Assembly (NCBI GenBank): GCA_023262965.1
Contig: JALQXX010000003.1
Coordinates: forward strand, 3,996 to 67,995
Length of the DNA stretch: 64,000 nucleotides
Source of the DNA: Candidatus Marinamargulisbacteria bacterium
Lineage (GTDB): Bacteria; Margulisbacteria; Marinamargulisbacteria; UBA817
Direction of reading: 5' to 3'
The notes beneath the pieces were generated by a model. That model did no database searches. It had not been told where the DNA came from and saw nothing but the letters and a program-made list of their open reading frames with translations. Made by a program: the position numbers and the translations under genes. Positions 41,612 through 51,672 of this stretch are shown one piece after another; positions within the stretch are counted from its first letter, which is position 1; each line of letters opens with the position of its first letter.

Positions 41612-43936
41612 TTAAAACAATACTACGCCATATTTTAAAATTAGACCAACAAAAACAACGGACACAATGGTCATCAGTTTTAATAAGATATTTAAAGATG
41701 GCCCCGCCGTGTCCTTGAATGGATCGCCAACCGTATCACCAATAACGGCAGCTTTGTGGGCATTGGTACCTTTTCCACCATGCGCACCTTTTTCAATATA
41801 TTTTTTAGCGTTATCCCAAGCCCCTCCCGAATTATTGAGCATAATGGCCAACGAAAAACCGGTTGCAACACCCCCAATTAATAGCCCCAATACACCAGCG
41901 ACACTTAATACAAACCCTGTCACAATCGGGACTAAGATGGCGAGTAGGGATGGTAAGATCATTTCTTTTTGAGCCCCAATGGTGGCAATTTCCACACATT
42001 TTGCATATTCAGGGGTTCCCTTACCGTCCAAAATACCTGGAATCTCACGAAATTGACGACGAACTTCTTCGACCATTTTCCCTGCCGCGCGACCAACCGC
42101 CAATATGGTTAATGCACAAAAAACAAATGCGGTCATGGCACCAATAAAAAGACCAATTAAAAATTTTGGATTAATGGCATTGATATGGAATATGTCAATC
42201 AATTTCAACATATCCAAATGCGGAATATAAAATATGTTTTTGGATTCGTTTACTAATTGCTCAATATTTGTGAACCCAATAGCGCCTATTCGATGAATGC
42301 CATCAAGAGCAATACGACCCAGCCATATTTTAATGGAATCAATATAGGCTGCAATAAGAGCCAATGCGGTTAATGCAGCTGATCCAATCGCAAACCCTTT
42401 CCCGGTAGCGGCGGTTGTATTGCCTAAAGAATCCAAGGCATCGGTACGTTCACGGACGGATGGATCAAGGCCAGACATTTCCGCGTTTCCACCCGCATTA
42501 TCCGCAATGGGCCCAAAAGCGTCTGTAGCCAATGTGATTCCCAAGGTAGAGAGCATTCCAATAGCGGCAAATGCAATACCATAAATACCACTAACAATCG
42601 ACTGGGATCCGCCAGAAAACAAAAAGGCGGCAATAATACCAATGGATATAATAATAACCGTAATTCCGGTAGATAACATTCCCACAGAAATACCTTGAAT
42701 AATGGTTGTTGCGCCGCCCATAACCGAGCTGTCCGCAATGGATCGTGTGGGACCATAGTGGTCAGACGTGTAATATTCGGTGACTTGGCCAATGAGGACC
42801 CCTGAAACAAGTCCCGCAGTTACGGCACCAAATACACCCCAAGAAATAAAGTCAATGTAGGCCAAAAAAGCAATAAACACCAATGTGAGTGCAGCGGATA
42901 TGTTGGTACCACGATGCAATGAACCCAACAAGCTTTTTTGATCAGCGCCCTCATTCGTTTTTACTGTGAAAATTCCGAGGATGGAAAAAATAATTCCGCC
43001 ACCGGCTACAATCATAGGGGATAAAATGGGGCGAATATCCACACCAAATTGATGGGCATTGGCTAGCATTAATGTAGCCCCAAGCGATGCGCAGGCCAAA
43101 ATAGACCCACAATACGATTCGTATAAATCGGCGCCCATACCGGCTACATCCCCAACATTGTCACCAACATTATCCGCAATGGTTGCCGGATTTCGAGGGT
43201 CATCTTCAGGAATGCCCGCTTCAACTTTTCCCACCAAATCGGCCCCCACGTCGGCGGCTTTGGTGAATATACCGCCACCAACACGGGAAAACAACGCCAT
43301 AATAGACGCTCCCATACCATAAGGTAAGAGAGATGTGGTTAACTCATTAAATTTATATGCTTGAAAGGCATCTAGGGATATCAAACTAGAGGACCAGTAG
43401 GTGGCCCCAATACTCTTCAAAAATCCATTTGAAATACCCAGTATATTGTGATCAAAAAATACATTTAAAAGAAAAAACCATACGGAGATATCCAGAAGAC
43501 CAAATCCAACAACAACCAACCCCATAATGGCACCGGCACGAAATGATACACGCAATCCGCTATTTAGGGATGTTTGACAGGCATTCGCTGTACGGGCACT
43601 GGCATTGGTAGCCGTTTTCATGCCTAAATAACCACATACCCCAGACCACAATCCACCACTCAAAAATATGAAGGGCACAAATGCATTTTGAATGCCAAGA
43701 GCGGCCATTCCCAATAGCAAAACAAAAATGACGCCAAACACATAAATTATAATTTTGTATTGGCGGTTTAGGTAGGCCATGGCGCCTTCTCTAACATATT
43801 GGGCAATCTCTTTCATACGCGGGGTCCCCTCACTTTCGCGGGATACACCAATGTAAAATAACCGGGCGGTAATTAAAGCAACCACAGCAGCGAGTGGCGC
43901 AAGATACCAAAGTAATGGGATAATGTTCATTTTCAA
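41612..43936 (-). CDS. hppA: Membrane-bound proton-translocating pyrophosphatase
   Basis: GDNVGDNVGDVAGMGADL and DNAGG motifs; 774 aa with ~16 TM segments. Confidence 0.95.
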   Translation of the reverse strand: MKMNIIPLLWYLAPLAAVVALITARLFYIGVSRESEGTPRMKEIAQYVREGAMAYLNRQYKIIIYVFGVIFVLLLGMAALGIQNAFVPFIFLSGGLWSGVCGYLGMKTATNASARTANACQTSLNSGLRVSFRAGAIMGLVVVGFGLLDISVWFFLLNVFFDHNILGISNGFLKSIGATYWSSSLISLDAFQAYKFNELTTSLLPYGMGASIMALFSRVGGGIFTKAADVGADLVGKVEAGIPEDDPRNPATIADNVGDNVGDVAGMGADLYESYCGSILACASLGATLMLANAHQFGVDIRPILSPMIVAGGGIIFSILGIFTVKTNEGADQKSLLGSLHRGTNISAALTLVFIAFLAYIDFISWGVFGAVTAGLVSGVLIGQVTEYYTSDHYGPTRSIADSSVMGGATTIIQGISVGMLSTGITVIIISIGIIAAFLFSGGSQSIVSGIYGIAFAAIGMLSTLGITLATDAFGPIADNAGGNAEMSGLDPSVRERTDALDSLGNTTAATGKGFAIGSAALTALALIAAYIDSIKIWLGRIALDGIHRIGAIGFTNIEQLVNESKNIFYIPHLDMLKLIDIFHINAINPKFLIGLFIGAMTAFVFCALTILAVGRAAGKMVEEVRRQFREIPGILDGKGTPEYAKCVEIATIGAQKEMILPSLLAILVPIVTGFVLSVAGVLGLLIGGVATGFSLAIMLNNSGGAWDNAKKYIEKGAHGGKGTNAHKAAVIGDTVGDPFKDTAGPSLNILLKLMTIVSVVFVGLILKYGVVLF

Positions 43937-43991
43937 GTCCTTTCAAAATTTAATAATCAGTCTCATGTATTATCACTAGAACTGTAAAAAA

Positions 43992-44876
43992 TTGTCAATG
44001 GGGATTAGACTATATTCTATGATTAAAAAATTGCGGTACTATTGGTCCTTCACAAAACCGGGCATCAGTCGTGCTCAAATTCTAACGGTTTCGATTGGGT
44101 ATTTTTTGGCCACCCAGGCGATTCATATTACCCCCATATATGGCTATTTAGTGGTGTCTACCTATTTATTTTCAGCCGCGGCTTGCGGTTTAAATAATAT
44201 TTTAGAGGTAAACTTTGATCGTGCAATGAAACGAACGCAGCAGCGTGAATTGGTTGTTCAGTGCATGACAAAAAAAGAAGCGTGGGCGGTTGTGATGGTT
44301 ACATTTGTGGTGGCATCCGTACTGTCGCTTAAGATCAATGTGCTAACATTTTGGATTTCAATTCTGACGGTGGGGATATATGTTGGTATATACACGCCTT
44401 TGAAGCGTGTGTCTTGGATGAATACCTATGTGGGGGCTCTTCCGGGTGCCTTGCCGTTGATCGGGGGATGGTGTGCGGCCGGAACCCCTATTCATATGGC
44501 GGTTATAGCACTCTTTTTGGCGTTGTACTGTTGGCAAATTCCGCATTTTTATGCGTTAGCGATTGTTTATTTGGACGATTATCGTGCAGCCGGATTTAAG
44601 ATGCTGCCATTGGCTATAGGGGGTATTCCGGCAACAAAGCGGCAGATGGTTATTTTTTCAGTGTTGATGGTTATTGTGTCGATGTACCCCGTTTTGGCGG
44701 GCTTTTTGGGTACGGTGTATTGGATCGGTACCGTTGCTAGTGGCGGTATTTTTTTGTATTATGTTAGTGTTAGTGTTGGTCAACTGGAACGCCATGCAAG
44801 AAAGGTATTTATTATATCGATACTTTATTTGCCTTTATGGTTTTTAATCATTGTGGCCGACATTATATTGAAATAA
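43992..44876 (+). CDS. ctaB: Protoheme IX farnesyltransferase (heme O synthase)
   Basis: UbiA prenyltransferase family with 8-9 TM segments. The start may be the internal MIKKLRYYW (44019). Confidence 0.85.
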   Translation: MSMGIRLYSMIKKLRYYWSFTKPGISRAQILTVSIGYFLATQAIHITPIYGYLVVSTYLFSAAACGLNNILEVNFDRAMKRTQQRELVVQCMTKKEAWAVVMVTFVVASVLSLKINVLTFWISILTVGIYVGIYTPLKRVSWMNTYVGALPGALPLIGGWCAAGTPIHMAVIALFLALYCWQIPHFYALAIVYLDDYRAAGFKMLPLAIGGIPATKRQMVIFSVLMVIVSMYPVLAGFLGTVYWIGTVASGGIFLYYVSVSVGQLERHARKVFIISILYLPLWFLIIVADIILK

Positions 44877-44885
44877 GGAGATCAT

Positions 44886-46136
44886 TTGGGCGGTATAGCA
44901 TCAGGAAATTTATCAGGGGGCAGGTTACCAATATGGCCCAGCGGTAAAAACCCGGCCAATACGTCATCATTGAAAGGGGTTGATGAGGCGTTTTCACTGA
45001 ACCGAAATGTATCAAACGATGCGATTTCGGGCAAAAATGTTGGCAAGGCAGCCTCAGTGGATTCCCCCAATGCAGAGCCCGCGTCGGCGGTTGCGCCCAA
45101 GATTTCCACACAAATAAAACAATTAACCCCCAAAGATATTATTCAGCAACTTGCAAAAATGAATATTCCTGTCACAGATCACAACCATGACATTGCGTTA
45201 TTAATGGCAGCTTATGGGGTTGAAATTTCGGAGGATAGTTTTGACCTAGTGAATAAATTATTAAAAGGCGATAAAAGTGCTTTGGGTAAAAAAAATGCGG
45301 TGTTATTGGTGTCCAAGGGGTTGGGCAATGCGGTGGATAGTGCGGGGATTTTGAATGCATTTTTTGAATCCAATAAAGCCGTATCGGAACAGTTGAAAGG
45401 GCTTTTGAGTCGGCATTCGCAAATGGCAAGCCTCTTGCAACAATCGCTGGCGGATTTTCCGGAGTTGAGCTCGTTTTTGACTATATTTGATGATTTTAAT
45501 CAGCAATTAAAACGAATGAATACGGCGGATAAAACAAACCCGTTGCTGGTGGATCGAGATGGGTTTTTAACAGATATTCAAGCCATGTCTGGGTTTTTAA
45601 AGGGGCTTATTCAAAACAACACATTGTCATCATCCGAATGGCGTGCGTATTTGAACGGATTGGATATCATTGCCAATTATGTTGCGTCCCAAAAAATATT
45701 GAGCCAGCCGTCGGTAAAGCAACCCTTGGGCTTATTAGAATCATATGATTATTTTCAAATTCCAAACCCATTGGCGGCGTCGGTGATGATTGATATTTTG
45801 CGCCGTAAACAAACAACAAAAGATATTAAGGATGCGAAATCCAACAACCCATCCGCGCAAGAAAAAATTATTGTTAGTATGGATTCAGACGTGTTGGGGC
45901 GTGTGACGGTTATTGTAACCATTATGGGAATTAATATATGGTGTTTGGTGTATGCGGATAATGATCATACGGTATATCATTCCAATGCGTTTCGGCAGGA
46001 ATTGATAAAAAAATTGGCGGAGCACGATTATCGATTAAGTGAATTTAAAACGGTGCGAAAAAAAGTGGATATTCAAAAGTTTATTGCGCCATCTCAAAAT
46101 TTATCGGATGTTAAACGGATTCAGACGGAAATATGA
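44886..46136 (+). CDS. fliK: FliK-like flagellar hook-length control protein (divergent)
   Basis: The C-terminal region LGRVTVIVTIMGINIWCLVYADNDHTVYHSNAFRQELIKKLAEH fits the Flg_hook (FliK C-terminal) pattern. It is followed by an flhB C-terminal-domain gene, as in many FliK-YlqH pairs. Confidence 0.5.
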   Translation: MGGIASGNLSGGRLPIWPSGKNPANTSSLKGVDEAFSLNRNVSNDAISGKNVGKAASVDSPNAEPASAVAPKISTQIKQLTPKDIIQQLAKMNIPVTDHNHDIALLMAAYGVEISEDSFDLVNKLLKGDKSALGKKNAVLLVSKGLGNAVDSAGILNAFFESNKAVSEQLKGLLSRHSQMASLLQQSLADFPELSSFLTIFDDFNQQLKRMNTADKTNPLLVDRDGFLTDIQAMSGFLKGLIQNNTLSSSEWRAYLNGLDIIANYVASQKILSQPSVKQPLGLLESYDYFQIPNPLAASVMIDILRRKQTTKDIKDAKSNNPSAQEKIIVSMDSDVLGRVTVIVTIMGINIWCLVYADNDHTVYHSNAFRQELIKKLAEHDYRLSEFKTVRKKVDIQKFIAPSQNLSDVKRIQTEI

Positions 46137-46528
46137 GTCTTAGTCGCAAAAAAAAGATTTTAGAAAAGCGTGCATCTCTAGAAAAAAAAATTAAGCGGCG
46201 CATACACGATTTGTCTCATGATGATCAAAGCAGTTTGCAAGCTGTTGCGATTAAATACGATAAATCATCATCAAAAGCCCCCACCATTGTGGCAAGTGGC
46301 CGTGGTAAAATCGCCACTCAAATTCTAGAATTGGCCGAAGAAAATAATGTGCCAATGGTGGAAGATCCGGCCTTGTCAAAATTGCTTTCATCTCTTAAAA
46401 TTAAAAGCGAGGTGCCACCGAACCTATTTAAAGTAATCGCTGAAATTTTGGCGTTTATTTTTTATCTGGATCGAATGGCAAAGGCAAAAAAAGGTATTCG
46501 CTCAACCTTTAAGCGGTTAAAAAAATGA
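46133..46528 (+). CDS. FlhB C-terminal-domain protein (YlqH/EscU-like)
   Basis: EENNVPMVEDPALSKLLSSLKIKSEVPPNLFKVIAEILAFIF matches the FlhB/YscU cytoplasmic-domain consensus (VP.VE...LAR.L...IP.ELY.AVAEIL). Confidence 0.75.
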   Translation: MSLSRKKKILEKRASLEKKIKRRIHDLSHDDQSSLQAVAIKYDKSSSKAPTIVASGRGKIATQILELAEENNVPMVEDPALSKLLSSLKIKSEVPPNLFKVIAEILAFIFYLDRMAKAKKGIRSTFKRLKK

Positions 46529-47325
46529 TGAAGCATGTATTTTTATGGATGATGGTAATAGCGCAATGGGGGCTTGGAGCAGAGCAGAATCCAATGTCTT
46601 TTGAGGAATATGATGATATTGTGAATCCTGTAATGAAATTAAATGCAACATCGATGGGTGGGTTTATGGATGCCATGAAATCCTACATTGTGTATACCGC
46701 CATACAGCATTTGCCAGGAGCTAAGGAATCGGGGGTGGGGTATTACTATGACAATCAGACACGGGGTATGAAACGGGTTCTATTTTATCGGTTATCGGAA
46801 GGGTACCCGCGTGAAACCAATAAGCCCCTTGATTTTTACATCGAAGGCAAAGGTTTTTTTGTTATTGAGTTGCCCGGCGGGTGGCCAGCCTACACACAAG
46901 ATGGCCGGTTTGAACGGGATGAGATGGGGCGGTTGGTGACCTTTGAAGAGCATTTTCCTGTCTTGGGTGAAAATGGGCCTATTTACGTGGCGAATGGTGG
47001 CATTAATGTGTCAAAAGATGGTGTTATTTATCAGAATGATCAGGTTGTGGATGTGTTTCGGGTTGAATGGCCACGGCGGAAGCATGATTTAAAGTCGTTC
47101 AACCATAAAATATTTTATTTTTCAAAAGAAGACTGGGAAAACCCCGATAAAATTATGCCGGCAGACGTCAAAATCTTGCAGGGGTATGTTGCTGATTCGT
47201 CGATTACCAAAGGGTATATTGGATTGGTGCCTGAGTGGAAAAATGGGCACGAAGCCAATGTTAAAGTGGTGAAGGCGTATTTGAAGAATATGTCGTTGGC
47301 GGTTCAGGCGGCAAATCCGCAATAA
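46525..47325 (+). CDS. Atypical FlgF-like rod-family protein with signal-peptide-like N-terminus
   Basis: The core DGRFERDEMGRLVTFEEHFPVLGENGPIYVANGGINVSKDGVIY resembles the FlgF/FlgG central region. The canonical N-terminal ANNLAN motif is absent. The N-terminus MMKHVFLWMMVIAQWGLGA is hydrophobic. Confidence 0.4.
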   Translation: MMKHVFLWMMVIAQWGLGAEQNPMSFEEYDDIVNPVMKLNATSMGGFMDAMKSYIVYTAIQHLPGAKESGVGYYYDNQTRGMKRVLFYRLSEGYPRETNKPLDFYIEGKGFFVIELPGGWPAYTQDGRFERDEMGRLVTFEEHFPVLGENGPIYVANGGINVSKDGVIYQNDQVVDVFRVEWPRRKHDLKSFNHKIFYFSKEDWENPDKIMPADVKILQGYVADSSITKGYIGLVPEWKNGHEANVKVVKAYLKNMSLAVQAANPQ

Positions 47326-47343
47326 AAATACTAAGGAGGAAAC

Positions 47344-48150
47344 ATGTTTCAACAATTTAATATTTCACGATCAGGGTTTGGTACGTATCAGAAAATGATG
47401 TTTAACATTACCAATAATATTGCCAACGCTCAGACCCCTGGGTATAAACAAACTCGGGTGGAATTGGCGACCTTATTTCCCATTATTCTTCAAGAAGCGG
47501 AGATGGATTATGCGGAAGACGACAATATGAATCCGTACATTAAAAAGAAGCGTGGCATTGAATTGGGAACAGGGGTTCGTATTGAATCCATTTCTACCGA
47601 TTTTTCCGAAGGGAATTTACAGGTAACGAATAATGAGTTGGACTGGGCTATTCGTGGGAATGGATTCTTTCAGTTGCGGCGTCCGGATGGTGATATCGTA
47701 TATTCTCGTTCGGGAAATTTTACGCGTGATGTATACGGTAATATTGTCACTCAGTCCGGGTATTCGCTGGATCCGCCCATTCGGTTGCCCGATAACACAA
47801 CCCAGTTAACGGTTGATGCGGAAGGTCGTGTTTTTGCGTCCGTTAATAACGATGCCGTCCCCCGAGAAATTGGGCAATTATTATTGTCACGATTTTCAAA
47901 TCCAGGGGGATTAAAAAATATTGGTAATAATTTTTATAAAGAAACAACGGCTTCTGGGGAGCCCATTGTGGAAATTCCTGGTCGAAATGCAACGGGGCAA
48001 GTTGTGCAGTTTTCCATTGAGAATTCCAATGTGGATATTATTAAAGAAATGATGGAAATGATTATGACGCAAAAAGGGTTGGAGTTGCTGGGTAAGGCAA
48101 TGCAAGCTGGTGAGCAAATGCTGAAAGCGGGTATGGGGATGACCTCATAA
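47344..48150 (+). CDS. flgG: Flagellar basal-body rod protein FlgG
   Basis: N-terminal NITNNIANAQTPGYK and C-terminal SNVDIIKEMMEMIMTQKGLE...AGEQML rod signatures; 268 aa. Confidence 0.85.
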   Translation: MFQQFNISRSGFGTYQKMMFNITNNIANAQTPGYKQTRVELATLFPIILQEAEMDYAEDDNMNPYIKKKRGIELGTGVRIESISTDFSEGNLQVTNNELDWAIRGNGFFQLRRPDGDIVYSRSGNFTRDVYGNIVTQSGYSLDPPIRLPDNTTQLTVDAEGRVFASVNNDAVPREIGQLLLSRFSNPGGLKNIGNNFYKETTASGEPIVEIPGRNATGQVVQFSIENSNVDIIKEMMEMIMTQKGLELLGKAMQAGEQMLKAGMGMTS

Positions 48151-48188
48151 TTGCGTGGTTTTTCTGCGCTTGGATACTGCTTGCTCCG

Positions 48189-48836
48189 ATGGTTTTGGCG
48201 GAAACCATGCCCTGTGATGGGATTGATGATGTCATGACAGAGGCCTTGGCCAATCACATTCGGGAAAATTATCCGAAGGTTGAGATCGCGGGATTAACCG
48301 TGAATCGCCGTGATTCCAGCGCCTTACCTGCGTGTACGCAGGTGTCTGTGACCATGCCAATGCGCGTCCGGTTTGCCGTGGATACGGTTGTGAAGTTGGA
48401 TGCCTACAACGGGGATCATTTTGTTGGACGGTCAACCCGGTTGTATTATTTTTCTGGATCCGCAAAAGGGATTGCCCTGACGCATGCCATGTCGCGTGGC
48501 GATGTTATTGATGAATCGGATATGGATGCGGTGTTGATTCCATTGGATCAGGTGAATACGGCAACCATTAGTCATATTGATCCGGGTATGTTTCAGTTAC
48601 GAAGCAATGGGTTGAAGGGGCGTGTTTTGGATGACTGGTCAATTGAACCCCGATTTGATGTTGCAAAAGGGCAGTCGGTGCGTGTTATTGTCCATAAACA
48701 GCCGGTGACCTTGACGGTAAAGGGGTCTGTTTTAGACAATGGTCGTATTGGCCGTACCATTCGGGTGGCATTAAATGATAAAATACTGGTAGGAACACTG
48801 CATGATAAAAATACTGTTTACATTGATCATTTATAG
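48189..48836 (+). CDS. flgA: Flagellar P-ring assembly chaperone FlgA
   Basis: C-terminal SAF-domain pattern KGQSVRVIVHKQPVTLTVKGSVLDNGRIGRTIRV. The start is uncertain, because an in-frame upstream extension would supply a signal peptide. Confidence 0.7.
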   Translation: MVLAETMPCDGIDDVMTEALANHIRENYPKVEIAGLTVNRRDSSALPACTQVSVTMPMRVRFAVDTVVKLDAYNGDHFVGRSTRLYYFSGSAKGIALTHAMSRGDVIDESDMDAVLIPLDQVNTATISHIDPGMFQLRSNGLKGRVLDDWSIEPRFDVAKGQSVRVIVHKQPVTLTVKGSVLDNGRIGRTIRVALNDKILVGTLHDKNTVYIDHL

Positions 48837-49410
48837 TTTTGTATTTCATGGAATGATGGCGGATTCCTTATGGACAAAATCTCAAACGCGTTCTGTTTTT
48901 GATAATCAGCGGTCATTTTCTGTGGGGGATTTGGTGACGGTTCGAATATCGGCGGAGTCTACAGCGGTTCAAGAGGCTGGAACAACGACGCGAAAATCCT
49001 CAAATATTAATGCCAATTTCTTTGATACCTTTGATCAATATTCATTAAATGCCAACGCGAATGATTCGCTTAGAAAGATGCAAAATTATCGTCTGGGTGG
49101 AAATGACAGTTATTCAGGCGTGGGGCAAACCACACGAAAAAGTAAAGTAGAGGCCATTGTTTCGTGTACCGTTACCCGTGTGCTACCAAATGGTCATTTG
49201 GTTATTAATGGTGAGCGATTGGTGGATGTCAACAATGATTCAGAAATTATACAGATTTCAGGGATTGTTCGGCCGAATGATATTTCAGCCGCCAATTCGG
49301 TCGAATCGCATCAAATTGCACAGTTTGCGATCTCTTTGCGTGGCAAAGGGGTGGTTCATTCGAAACAAACACCTGGATTTTTGTCGAATTTTTTTAATTG
49401 GGTTTTTTGA
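48802..49410 (+). CDS. flgH: Flagellar L-ring protein FlgH
   Basis: Signal peptide plus LVTVRISAESTAVQEAG...NGHLVINGERLVDVNNDSEIIQISGIVRPNDI. Confidence 0.85.
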   Translation: MIKILFTLIIYSFVFHGMMADSLWTKSQTRSVFDNQRSFSVGDLVTVRISAESTAVQEAGTTTRKSSNINANFFDTFDQYSLNANANDSLRKMQNYRLGGNDSYSGVGQTTRKSKVEAIVSCTVTRVLPNGHLVINGERLVDVNNDSEIIQISGIVRPNDISAANSVESHQIAQFAISLRGKGVVHSKQTPGFLSNFFNWVF

Positions 49411-50486
49411 TGAAGCGAATTATTTTAGGATTAATTATGGGGATAAGTCTAGTGGGGTATGGTGCGACTACCGTAAAAATTCGCGATATTTCCCGGGTGG
49501 TGGAATCCAGAGACAATCAATTGTTTGGGTATGGGCTGGTGGTTGGGTTACGCAATACAGGGGATACTCAGCGATCGGTTTTTACCGAAAAAGCCCTCAC
49601 GAATTTACTGAAGAAAATGGGGATTAGTCCGGATCAACGAGACTTTAAATCGCGTAATGTGGCGTCGGTTATGGTAACGATGAATTTGCCACCGTATGCC
49701 CGGCCTGGTCAAAAGATTGATGTGAACGTATCGTCTTTAGGGGATGCAACAAGTTTGGCGGGGGGGACCTTGCTAATGACGCCATTGCAGGGGCCCGATT
49801 TTGAAACATATGCGGTGGCTCAAGGCCAAGTTATTGTAGGGGGGATATCAGAGAAATCCAGTAAAGTGAGCTACTATATGAATCAAACAACGTCCGGTCG
49901 TGTACCCAATGGGGCTATTGTTGAAAAAGAGGTGGCGGTGACGCGTGATGATCAATTAAATATTATACTGGTATTAAATGATCCCAATTTCACCATGTCG
50001 TCTAAAGTTGTTAAAGCACTTAAGGCCAATGGATTTAAGCAGGTTATGGCGTTGGATGCCGCATCGATTCAAATTCCACTAAACAACATACCCGATATGG
50101 CATATGTGGATATTATTCATAAAATTGAATCCATTGAAGTAGCACCTGAGTCCAGCTCTAGAGTGGTTATTAATGCGAAATCGGGGGTCGTTGTTATTGG
50201 GGAAAATGTGCGGTTGCTTCCGGTTGCGATTACGCATGGGGGCGTCTCGATTAAAATTACGGATAGTTCTAGCACTACGGATTATGGCGGTAGTTCCGGA
50301 ATAGGGGGGCAGGATATTGAGGTATCTGAAGATAAAACAACGGTTCATTTTGTAAATCCGGATAATTCATTATCCAGCTTGGTGGATGCATTGAATAAAA
50401 TAGGGGTCAAAACGAAGGATCTTATTTCTATTTTACAAGCCATGGAAGAGGCGGGTGCATTGGTGGCCACCATTGATGTTATTTAA
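49398..50486 (+). CDS. flgI: Flagellar P-ring protein FlgI
   Basis: Signal peptide, then RIRDISRV...NQLFGYGLVVGLRNTGD. Confidence 0.9.
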   Translation: MGFLMKRIILGLIMGISLVGYGATTVKIRDISRVVESRDNQLFGYGLVVGLRNTGDTQRSVFTEKALTNLLKKMGISPDQRDFKSRNVASVMVTMNLPPYARPGQKIDVNVSSLGDATSLAGGTLLMTPLQGPDFETYAVAQGQVIVGGISEKSSKVSYYMNQTTSGRVPNGAIVEKEVAVTRDDQLNIILVLNDPNFTMSSKVVKALKANGFKQVMALDAASIQIPLNNIPDMAYVDIIHKIESIEVAPESSSRVVINAKSGVVVIGENVRLLPVAITHGGVSIKITDSSSTTDYGGSSGIGGQDIEVSEDKTTVHFVNPDNSLSSLVDALNKIGVKTKDLISILQAMEEAGALVATIDVI

Positions 50487-50554
50487 TTGTTTTTGGAATT
50501 TACGAGCAGCTCGTTAAAAGGGAGCGTGCTAAAATAGGCAATTTGTGATATTAT

Positions 50555-50887
50555 TTGATAGGCATGACGTGGGTTATTATATTTGGTATTTTGTTGGGCA
50601 ATATGGTTTTTTCCCAAGTGGAAATGAACTATGATATGTTGAATTATATTGCCACCCAAGAGAAAAGTCCGGATAAAGACGATCGCGAAGGGATTAAGCG
50701 TCAATTTCAAACCTATTTTATTAAGACCGTTTTTTTGAATAATGTTTTTAAATCCGACCAGTTGTTTTACGGCGAAACAGACACGAATTATGAAATTATA
50801 AATCAGCTTATGATTAATCAATTTGCTAATAATTTGGCCGACACAAATTTTTTGGACTTGTCGCTGGTGAATTTAGATGACAGATAA
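50555..50887 (+). CDS. Rod-binding (FlgJ N-terminal-like) protein with hydrophobic N-terminus
   Basis: The segment QFQTYFIKTVFLNNVFKSD resembles the FlgJ rod-binding motif (FEAMFLQMMLKSMR). 110 aa. Confidence 0.45.
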   Translation: MIGMTWVIIFGILLGNMVFSQVEMNYDMLNYIATQEKSPDKDDREGIKRQFQTYFIKTVFLNNVFKSDQLFYGETDTNYEIINQLMINQFANNLADTNFLDLSLVNLDDR

Positions 50888-51647
50888 TAACGCAGTTCCT
50901 GAAGGGCAGTCGGTTGATATGCCCAATTATCTTTCGCGAGAACTCTATGTGTCTTCTAAAAATAATTATCATGTTACAGATGAGGAAAAACGTATAGCTG
51001 ATGAACACTTGTATGTTATTGAAGCCATTTCCGCTGTTTTATTTTCAAAAAAAAAGATGCCCCCAACTGTGGATTATAATGATCTGATTAGTGTGGGGTT
51101 TTCGGGTCTTTTAAAAGCAATTCGCGGGTATGACAAATCCAAAAATGTGTTGTTTAAAACGTATGCCAGTATTCGGATTCGAGGTGAAATGCTGGATTTT
51201 ATCCGAAAAGAATGGAAGTCCAAAGCCGCTCACCAGCATCAAACAATGATGAACGGGTTAAAAGAGCGTGTTGCGCATGTGTTTCAAATGCAATTTGATG
51301 GGTCTGAGGCACCGTCTTCCTACAATGTTTTATCTCAACTAACCACATCATACGTCTTGTCTTTGGATGCTGTTATGGACAGTGGCGGCAGTGATCAGGT
51401 GATTGATGGTGCCAATTCTTTTGAAAATACCGTAAACACCGCTGATGAATATCGGTGTTTGAACAATGTTGTGAAGGCATTGGGTCCCAATGAACAGCAA
51501 TTTTTGGATATGTTTTATTGGCAGGGCCTGTCGCAGAAAGAGATTTCAGATCAGTTGCAAATATCCCCAGCAACCGTGAGTCGGATGCATCGTCGGATTA
51601 TTGACCTACTGAAAGAAAAAATGAGCGCGGAGAGTACGAATAAATAA
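50877..51647 (+). CDS. fliA: Flagellar sigma factor (sigma-28, FliA/WhiG family)
   Basis: Sigma-70 region 2 plus the region 4 HTH LSQKEISDQLQISPATVSRMHRRII. It sits within the flagellar cluster. Confidence 0.8.
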   Translation: MTDNNAVPEGQSVDMPNYLSRELYVSSKNNYHVTDEEKRIADEHLYVIEAISAVLFSKKKMPPTVDYNDLISVGFSGLLKAIRGYDKSKNVLFKTYASIRIRGEMLDFIRKEWKSKAAHQHQTMMNGLKERVAHVFQMQFDGSEAPSSYNVLSQLTTSYVLSLDAVMDSGGSDQVIDGANSFENTVNTADEYRCLNNVVKALGPNEQQFLDMFYWQGLSQKEISDQLQISPATVSRMHRRIIDLLKEKMSAESTNK

Positions 51648-51672
51648 TGTCGGGTATGAATAGGAGATTAAT

